This document shows positions 26,405-32,000 of a stretch of 32,000 bases of DNA, one piece after another. Position 1 is the stretch's first letter, and the number at the start of each line of letters is the position of its first letter. The DNA comes from Kineococcus radiotolerans SRS30216 = ATCC BAA-149 (GTDB lineage Bacteria > Actinomycetota > Actinomycetes > Actinomycetales > Kineococcaceae). The position numbers and the translations under genes were made by a program. The notes beneath the pieces were generated by a model. That model did no database searches. It worked only from the letters and a program-made list of their open reading frames with translations, and was not told the DNA's origin. The DNA is taken from NCBI RefSeq assembly GCF_000017305.1, contig NC_009664.2:1200001-1232000 (forward strand), in the 5' to 3' direction.

Positions 26405-26624
26405 GAGATCCGGACGCGGGCCCGCTCGGAGGGACCCCCGTCCCCGCGCGAACCGTGTGGTCCGGCCACCTCGATCCGGCCGACAGGAGCGGACCGTAAC
26501 CGCTCCGAGACCTCTTCGACAAGCCGCTGTGATCCCTGGAGCCCGCCCCCGGGGCCCGGGCCCGCCCCGTCCGGGCCGGACCCGTGCTGCTGGGCCGATC
26601 GGGTGGCCCCGGTCGTGACGAACC
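26405..26624 (-). promoter_or_regulatory. About 220-nt GC-rich, hairpin-dense leader between tatD and rpfB
   Basis: Minus-strand hairpins seen: GGAGCGG-uuacggu-CCGCUCC (perfect 7 bp); a nested CGCGGG...(GGGAC-gggg-GUCCC)...CCCGCG; and a palindromic GGGCCCGGGCCC run. No protein-coding signal. Confidence 0.3.
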
Positions 26625-27449
26625 TCACCAGGGCCCGTAGACGCTCTCCGTCGTCGCGGTCAGGGTGGCGCAGAGCTCGTCGAGGTCCGCTCCCAGCGTC
26701 CGCGCCATCGCCCGGACCGTGAGCGGGACGAGGTAGCCGGCGTTGGGCCGGCCCCGGTGCGGGACGGGGGTCAGGTACGGGGCGTCGGTCTCGACCATGA
26801 CCCGGTCCCGGGGGGCGGCGCGCAGCGCCTCCCGCAGCGGGTCGGCGTTCTTGAAGGTGACCGTCCCGGCGAAGGAGAGGTAGTACCCGGCGTCCCCGCA
26901 GACCCGGGCCATCGCCGCGTCGCCGGAGAAGCAGTGGAACACCGTCCGCTCCGGGGCGCCCTCCTCGGCCAGGACCCGCAGGACGTCCTCGTGGGCGTCG
27001 CGGTCGTGGATCTGCAGCGCCAGGCCCAGCTCCTTGGCGAGGCGGACGTGGTCGCGGAAGGCGTCCTCTTGCAGGGCCCACTGCTCCGGCGGGGTCCGGA
27101 AGTGGTCCAGCCCGGTCTCCCCCACCACCCGCACCCGCGGGTGCGCGGCCAGCGCCCGGATCTCGGCGAGCGCGGCCTCGTACTCCCCCGCCGCGACGAG
27201 GTCGGGGACCTCGTTGGGGTGCAGCGCGACCCCGCCCAGCAGCTGGGGGAAGCGGTCGAGGGCGGCGACCGTCCACCGCGCGGCGGGCAGGTCGCAGCCG
27301 ATCTGGACGCTGCGCGGGACCCCGGCCGCCGCGGCGGCCGCCAGCAGCGCCTCCACGTCCTCGGGGGTCTCGGAGTCCAGGTGGGTGTGGTTGTCGACGA
27401 CCGCGACGGCCAGCGGCTCCGGTGCGGGCGGGCGTTCGCCCCGGCTCAC
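26625..27449 (-). CDS. tatD: TatD family metal-dependent DNase/hydrolase
   Basis: The GTG at 27449 overlaps the metG stop (GTGA), giving 275 aa. Motifs [27 protein letters not shown] and VETDAPYL. Confidence 0.9.
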   Translation of the reverse strand: MSRGERPPAPEPLAVAVVDNHTHLDSETPEDVEALLAAAAAAGVPRSVQIGCDLPAARWTVAALDRFPQLLGGVALHPNEVPDLVAAGEYEAALAEIRALAAHPRVRVVGETGLDHFRTPPEQWALQEDAFRDHVRLAKELGLALQIHDRDAHEDVLRVLAEEGAPERTVFHCFSGDAAMARVCGDAGYYLSFAGTVTFKNADPLREALRAAPRDRVMVETDAPYLTPVPHRGRPNAGYLVPLTVRAMARTLGADLDELCATLTATTESVYGPW

Positions 27450-29248
27450 CGCTGCAACCGCCCCAGCTCCTCCTCGACGACGGCCGCGACGTCGAGCTTG
27501 GTGAAGACCGGCGTCGGCGCGGCGACGGGCGTCCCCGGCACGACCGGGTGCGAGGCCCACTCCGGCAGCGTCTCGCCCCGGCGGTAGTCGCCCGTGAGGA
27601 CCGGGTAGGGCCGCCCGTCGTCGAGGTCGGTCACCTCGCGCAGCTCCGGCAGCGGCGACACCGTGCCCACGCCCCCGAAGGCCTGGTGGACCTTCTGCGC
27701 CGAGTGCGGCAGGAACGGCGAGAGCAGGGTGCGGCAGTCGGAGACGGCCTGGGCAGTGACGTGCAGGACCGACTTCATCCGCTCGGGGTCGGAGTTCTTG
27801 ATCTTCCAGGGCTCCTGCTCGGTGAGGTACTTGTTCACCTCGCCGACGACGCGCATGGCCTCGCCGATCCCCGCCCGCTGCCGGTGGGCCTCGATGAACC
27901 CGCCGACGGTGGAGAACCCGCCCGACGTCGTGGCCAGCAGGTCGCGGTCGGCGTCGGTGAGCTCCCCCGCGGCCGGGATCTCGCCGACGTTCTTCGCGAT
28001 GAGCGACGCGGTCCGGTTCACCAGGTTGCCCCAGCCCGCGACGAGCTCGGAGTTCGTCCGGGTGGCGAACTCCTGCCAGGTGAAGTCGCTGTCGTTGTTC
28101 TCCGGGCCGGCGGCGGAGATGAAGTAGCGCAACGCGTCCGGCTGGTAGCGGGCCAGGACGTCGCGCACGTAGATGACGACGCCGCGGCTGGAGGAGAACT
28201 GCTTGCCCTCCATGGTGAGGAACTCGCTGGCGACGACCTCGGTGGGCAGGTTGAGGTTCCCGAAGGGACCCGGCTGCCCGCCCGCGCTGCCGCGCCCGTC
28301 GTAGGCGAGCAGCTCGGCCGGCCAGATCTGGGAGTGGAAGGTGATGTTGTCCTTGCCCATGAAGTAGTACGACTCCGCGGCCGGGTCGGTCCACCACGCC
28401 TTCCACGCGTCGTCGTCGCCGGAGCGCCGGGCCCACTCCACCGAGGCGGACAGGTAGCCGATGACGGCGTCGAACCACACGTAGAGCCGCTTGGCGGGGT
28501 TGTCCTCCCAGCCCTCCAGCGGGACCGGGATGCCCCAGTCGATGTCGCGGGTCATGGCCCGCGGCTTCATGTCCGCGAGCAGGTTCTGGGAGAACTTCAG
28601 GACGTTGGGGCGCCAGCGGCCGGTGTCGGCGCGGGTCTGCAACCACGACCCGAGGGCCTCGGCCAGGGCGGGCAGGTCGAGGTAGAAGTGCTCGGTCTCG
28701 ACGAACACGGGCGTCTCGCCGTTGATGCGGCTCCTGGGGTTCTTCAGCTCGATGGCGTCGAGCTGGTTGCCGCAGTTGTCGCACTGGTCCCCGCGCGCGC
28801 CGTCGTAGCCGCAGATCGGGCAGGTGCCCTCGACGTAGCGGTCGGGCAGGGTGCGGCCCGTCGACGGCGAGATCGCGCCCATGCCCTTCCGCGCGACCAT
28901 GTACCCGTTGCGGTGGACGGTGCGGAACATCTCCTGCACCACCGCGTAGTGGTTGGCCGTCGTGGTGCGGGTGAAGAGGTCGTAGGACAGCCCCAGCCCG
29001 TGCAGGTCCTCGGCGATGACGCGGTTGTAGCGGTCGGCGAGCTGCTGCGGGGTCAGGCCCTCCTGCTCGGCCTGGACGAGGATCGGCGTGCCGTGCTCGT
29101 CGGTGCCCGACACCATGAGGACGTCGTGACCCGCCATCCGCATGTACCGGCTGAACACGTCGGAGGGGACGCCGAAGCCGGCGACGTGGCCGATGTGCCG
29201 GGGCCCGTTGGCGTAGGGCCAGGCCACCGCGGAGAGGACGTGGGTCAT
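27446..29248 (-). CDS. metG: Methionine--tRNA ligase
   Basis: 600 aa. HIGH motif (PRHIGHVAG). Zinc knuckle [23 protein letters not shown]-equivalent GKQFSSSRG. Confidence 0.95.
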   Translation of the reverse strand: MTHVLSAVAWPYANGPRHIGHVAGFGVPSDVFSRYMRMAGHDVLMVSGTDEHGTPILVQAEQEGLTPQQLADRYNRVIAEDLHGLGLSYDLFTRTTTANHYAVVQEMFRTVHRNGYMVARKGMGAISPSTGRTLPDRYVEGTCPICGYDGARGDQCDNCGNQLDAIELKNPRSRINGETPVFVETEHFYLDLPALAEALGSWLQTRADTGRWRPNVLKFSQNLLADMKPRAMTRDIDWGIPVPLEGWEDNPAKRLYVWFDAVIGYLSASVEWARRSGDDDAWKAWWTDPAAESYYFMGKDNITFHSQIWPAELLAYDGRGSAGGQPGPFGNLNLPTEVVASEFLTMEGKQFSSSRGVVIYVRDVLARYQPDALRYFISAAGPENNDSDFTWQEFATRTNSELVAGWGNLVNRTASLIAKNVGEIPAAGELTDADRDLLATTSGGFSTVGGFIEAHRQRAGIGEAMRVVGEVNKYLTEQEPWKIKNSDPERMKSVLHVTAQAVSDCRTLLSPFLPHSAQKVHQAFGGVGTVSPLPELREVTDLDDGRPYPVLTGDYRRGETLPEWASHPVVPGTPVAAPTPVFTKLDVAAVVEEELGRLQR

Positions 29249-29316
29249 GGCAGGAGTCTAGGGCGGCGGGACGTCGCCGACGGGCGGGTGTCGGAGCCCC
29301 GCCGTACGGTCGCCCC

Positions 29317-29535
29317 GTGAGCGAGAACACGCAGAACCCCGACCCGACCACCAGCGCCGAGAAGGACCCCGAGGACTGGGTCACCGGCGACGAGCCCATG
29401 ACCGGCCCGCAGCGCAGCTACCTGCAGACCCTGGCCCGCGAGGCCGGCCGCGACCTGCCCGAGGACCTCGACAAGGCCCGCGCCTCGGAGCTGATCGACG
29501 AGCTGCAGCAGGAGACCGGCCGCGGCAACTCCTGA
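29317..29535 (+). CDS. DUF3072 domain-containing small protein
   Basis: 72 aa with a GTG start. KDPEDWVTGDEPMTGPQRSYLQTLAREAG...ASELIDELQ matches my memory of the DUF3072 family. Confidence 0.8.
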   Translation: MSENTQNPDPTTSAEKDPEDWVTGDEPMTGPQRSYLQTLAREAGRDLPEDLDKARASELIDELQQETGRGNS

Positions 29536-29581
29536 CCACGGACGACCACCGGCCGACCACGGGCCGGCCACGGGTCGGCCG

Positions 29582-30343
29582 GTGGCGCCGGCCGGTAGCG
29601 TCGGCGCCGTGGACAGCCGCCTGGTGAACCTCGTCGTCGACGCCGCCGACCCGGCGGGCCTGGCCCGCTGGTGGCGCGAGGCCCTGGGGTGGCGGGCGGG
29701 GTACGCCGACGACCACGAGAGCGACGTCGTGCCGCCCGAGGGCGAGCCCGGTCTCGACCTCGTGTTCGTCCCGGTGTGCGACCCCAAGCTCGTGCCGAAC
29801 CGGATCCACCTGGACCTGGACTCCTCCTCCCCCGCCGAGCAGCGCGAGACCGTGGCGTTCCTGCTCGACCTCGGCGCCACCCGCGCCGACGTGGGGCAGG
29901 GCGAGGTGCCCTGGGTGGTCCTGGCCGACCCGGAGGGCAACGAGTTCTGCGTCCTGGACCCGCGCCCGGAGTACGAGGGGACGGGCGCGATCGCGGCCGT
30001 CGTCCACCAGGCGCGGGACCCGTGGGCCATGGCCGGCTTCTGGGGCCCCGTGTCCGGCTGGCGGACGGCGCGCTCGGGCGCGGGGGTGGTGGCGCTGCGG
30101 GACGGGTCCACGGGGCCGTTCCTGGAGTTCGTCGCGTCCTCCACCCCGCACACGGTGAAGAACCGCTGGCACCCGGACGTGCGCGCGACCCGTTCCGGCC
30201 GCGGCCGCGAGCGGGTGATCACCGAGGCGCTGGCGGCCGGGGCGCGCCCGGCCGACGTGGGTCAGGGCGCCGGGGTGCCCTGGACGGTCCTGGCCGACCC
30301 GGAGGGCAACGAGTTCTGCGTGCTCTCCGGGGCCGTCGACTAG
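29582..30343 (+). CDS. VOC (glyoxalase/bleomycin-resistance-like) family protein with two tandem domains
   Basis: 253 aa. Two homologous halves, each ending ADVGQG..VPW.VLADPEGNEFCVL. The start may be GTG 29609 (VDSRLVNLVVDA). Confidence 0.75.
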   Translation: MAPAGSVGAVDSRLVNLVVDAADPAGLARWWREALGWRAGYADDHESDVVPPEGEPGLDLVFVPVCDPKLVPNRIHLDLDSSSPAEQRETVAFLLDLGATRADVGQGEVPWVVLADPEGNEFCVLDPRPEYEGTGAIAAVVHQARDPWAMAGFWGPVSGWRTARSGAGVVALRDGSTGPFLEFVASSTPHTVKNRWHPDVRATRSGRGRERVITEALAAGARPADVGQGAGVPWTVLADPEGNEFCVLSGAVD

Positions 30344-31305
30344 GGCACCAGCAGCAGCTTGCCGGTGGTGCGGCGGCCCTCGAGGTCCTCGTGGGCCCGG
30401 CGCGCCGCGGTCAGCGGGTAGGTGCCCCCGACCCGCACGTCCAGGCGCCCGGCGGTGATCCAGCCGAACACCTCCTCGGTGCGGGCGAGCAGCTCGGCGC
30501 GGTCGCGGGTGTAGGACCTGAGCGTGGGCCGGGTGAGGAACAGCGACCCCTTCGCGTTCAGCCGCTGGACGTCGAAGGGCGGCACCTGCCCGCTGGACCC
30601 GCCGAAGACGACCATCAGCCCGCGCGGGCGCAGGGCGTCCAGGCCGGCGTCGAAGGTGTCCCTCCCGACGCCGTCGTAGACGACGTCCACCCCGAGACCG
30701 CCGGTGAGCTCCCGGGCCCGGGGGGTCGCCCCCGCGTAGCCCACGACGACGTCGTCGGCGCCGGCGGCGCGCGACAGCTCCGCCTTCGCCGGGGTGGAGA
30801 CGGTGGTGAGGACGTTCGCCCCGCGCAGCTTGAGCACCTGGGTCAGCAGCAGCCCCACCCCGCCGGCCCCGGCGTGGACCAGCGCCCAGGTGCCCGCGGC
30901 GGCGGGGAAGGTGTCGGTGGCCAGGTAGTGCGCGGTCAGGCCCTGCAGCAGCACCGCGGCCGCCGTGGTGGCCCCCACCGCCTCGGGGACGGGCACGAGC
31001 TCGGCGGCGGGCACCAGGACCTGCTCGGCGTAGCTGCCCGGCGCCTCCTTCCAGGCGACGAGCTGCCCCGCCGCGAACCCCTCGACGCCCGGCCCGGGGC
31101 GGGCTACCCGGCCCGCGCCCTCGCTGCCCAGGACGGCCGGGAGGTCCAGCGGGTAGACCCCGCCGCGGCGGTAGGTGTCGATGAAGTTGACGCCGGCGGC
31201 CTCCACGTCGACGAGGACCTGCCCCGGCCCGGGCTCCGGCGCGGGGAGGTCGGTGACGGTGAGGACCTCGGGTCCTCCGGTCCGGTCGATCCGCACGGCG
31301 CGCAC
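30340..31305 (-). CDS. qor: NADPH:quinone oxidoreductase (zeta-crystallin-type MDR)
   Basis: 321 aa. MRAVRIDRTGGPEVL...VEAAGVNFIDTYRRGGVYP...LVHAGAGGVGLLLTQ. Its stop overlaps the VOC gene stop within CTAG. Confidence 0.85.
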   Translation of the reverse strand: MRAVRIDRTGGPEVLTVTDLPAPEPGPGQVLVDVEAAGVNFIDTYRRGGVYPLDLPAVLGSEGAGRVARPGPGVEGFAAGQLVAWKEAPGSYAEQVLVPAAELVPVPEAVGATTAAAVLLQGLTAHYLATDTFPAAAGTWALVHAGAGGVGLLLTQVLKLRGANVLTTVSTPAKAELSRAAGADDVVVGYAGATPRARELTGGLGVDVVYDGVGRDTFDAGLDALRPRGLMVVFGGSSGQVPPFDVQRLNAKGSLFLTRPTLRSYTRDRAELLARTEEVFGWITAGRLDVRVGGTYPLTAARRAHEDLEGRRTTGKLLLVP

Positions 31306-31369
31306 GGGACGAGCCTGCCAGAGGCGGGCCCGGCCCCCCGCGGTCGACCCGGCCCGCCGTCCCGGCGGG

Positions 31370-32000
31370 TCAGCCCCCGGAGCTCTCCCGGACCACCAGC
31401 CGCCCGCCCACGGTCAGCAGCCGTTCCGGGCCCTGGTGCCCGGCCAGGCGGTCCGCGAGCATCCCCAGGGCGAGGTCGGCCATCTCGGAGCGGTCCAGCG
31501 CGATGGAGGTGAGCGTGGGCGCGCTGTAGCGGGCCTGCTCGACGTCGTCGACGCCGACGACGGCGACGTCCTCGGGGACCCGGCGGCCCAGCTCGCGCAG
31601 CGCGTGCAGGGCGCCCACGGCGACGAGGTCGTTGGCGGCGAAGATCGCGTCGACGTCGGGGCGGGCGGCCAGCAGCGCCCGCGCCCCGTCGTAGCCGTGG
31701 CGCAGCTCCCACTCCGGCAGCGGCCACAGCAGCCCCGGGTCGAACTCCAGCCCGGCCCGCTGCAGGGCGTTGCGGTACCCCTCGATGCGCTGGGCCGCCA
31801 CCGGCGGGCGCAGCTCCTCCGAGGACTTGTCCCCGAGGAAGGCGATCCTCCGCCGGCCCGTCTCCAGCAGGTGCTGCACCCCGAGGTCGCCCAGCGCGAC
31901 GGAGTCGATGGTCACCCGGTCGTAGCCGGAGCCCTGCCCGTGCTCGCCGATGAGCACGGCCGGGGTGGAGTCGCGCCGCTGGGCCAGCTCCCCGCCGGGC
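31370..32000 (-). CDS. LacI family transcriptional regulator, C-terminal sugar-binding domain (5' end beyond the window)
   Basis: The frame stays open to the window edge (LAQRRDSTPAVLIGEH...). Periplasmic-binding-protein-like segments: RRIAFLGD, IFAANDLVAVGALHALRELGRRVPEDVAVVGVDD. Confidence 0.8.
   Translation of the reverse strand, partial: PGGELAQRRDSTPAVLIGEHGQGSGYDRVTIDSVALGDLGVQHLLETGRRRIAFLGDKSSEELRPPVAAQRIEGYRNALQRAGLEFDPGLLWPLPEWELRHGYDGARALLAARPDVDAIFAANDLVAVGALHALRELGRRVPEDVAVVGVDDVEQARYSAPTLTSIALDRSEMADLALGMLADRLAGHQGPERLLTVGGRLVVRESSGG

Noticed and set aside
26405-26624. ydaO/c-di-AMP riboswitch upstream of rpfB
   Set aside because: The conserved ydaO sequence blocks (GGGGUGAAUC, AGCUAACC...GUAAGCG) are not present by eye. 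Only generic GC hairpins are seen. The region is kept as an unclassified structured leader and not called a ydaO riboswitch.
30340-30343. Convergent VOC and qor genes share overlapping stop codons within a palindromic CTAG
   Set aside because: The overlap is real but trivial. It is a common consequence of compact convergent genes, with no evidence of a regulatory role.

Overview
High-GC actinobacterial chromosome segment with two contrasting parts. (A) About 14300-32000 is a conserved housekeeping block, mostly on the minus strand: metG, tatD, rpfB, rsmA(ksgA), ispE, an ABC-F ATPase, a WbaP-like priming sugar transferase, a divergent TetR/MarR pair, tRNA-Gln(UUG), glmU, prs, rplY(ctc) and pth. 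To its right lie DUF3072, a tandem-VOC protein, a quinone oxidoreductase and a partial LacI regulator. Many junctions are 1-4 nt stop/start overlaps. This gene order matches the known Mycobacterium metS-tatD-rpfB-ksgA-ispE ... glmU-prsA-rplY-pth arrangement. (B) About 1710-14292 is a visibly lower-GC accessory island. My 100-nt spot counts give 55-57% GC inside it against 66-86% in the core. It carries an eight-gene minus-strand glycan-assembly operon (11556 to 1840). In transcription order: a soluble Dpm1/ALG5-like GT2, a single-pass beta-rich protein, a 783-aa polytopic DUF2206-like membrane protein, a Wzx-type flippase, a FemAB/CelD-like GNAT acyltransferase, a GT4, a secreted clan GH-A hydrolase and a second GT4. 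A divergent third GT4 gene sits at 12655-13830. A decayed DDE_Tnp_4/IS5-like insertion sequence with recognisable imperfect terminal inverted repeats (11808-12616) lies between the operon and that GT4 gene. A second, solo 126-bp copy of its left end (14167-14292) lies 13 bp downstream of the pth stop codon. Left of the island are the C-terminal part of a DUF4012 protein and a tiny Ser/Thr/Pro-rich LAxTG sortase substrate. The most interesting candidate for an undescribed system is the GT2 + small membrane protein + DUF2206-like giant membrane protein module. It sits in a Wzx-containing operon that has no recognisable Wzy, Wzz, priming transferase or sugar-nucleotide genes. All family assignments come from motif recognition by eye; no searches were run. 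Many long ORFs in the supplied track are high-GC shadow frames and are rejected.
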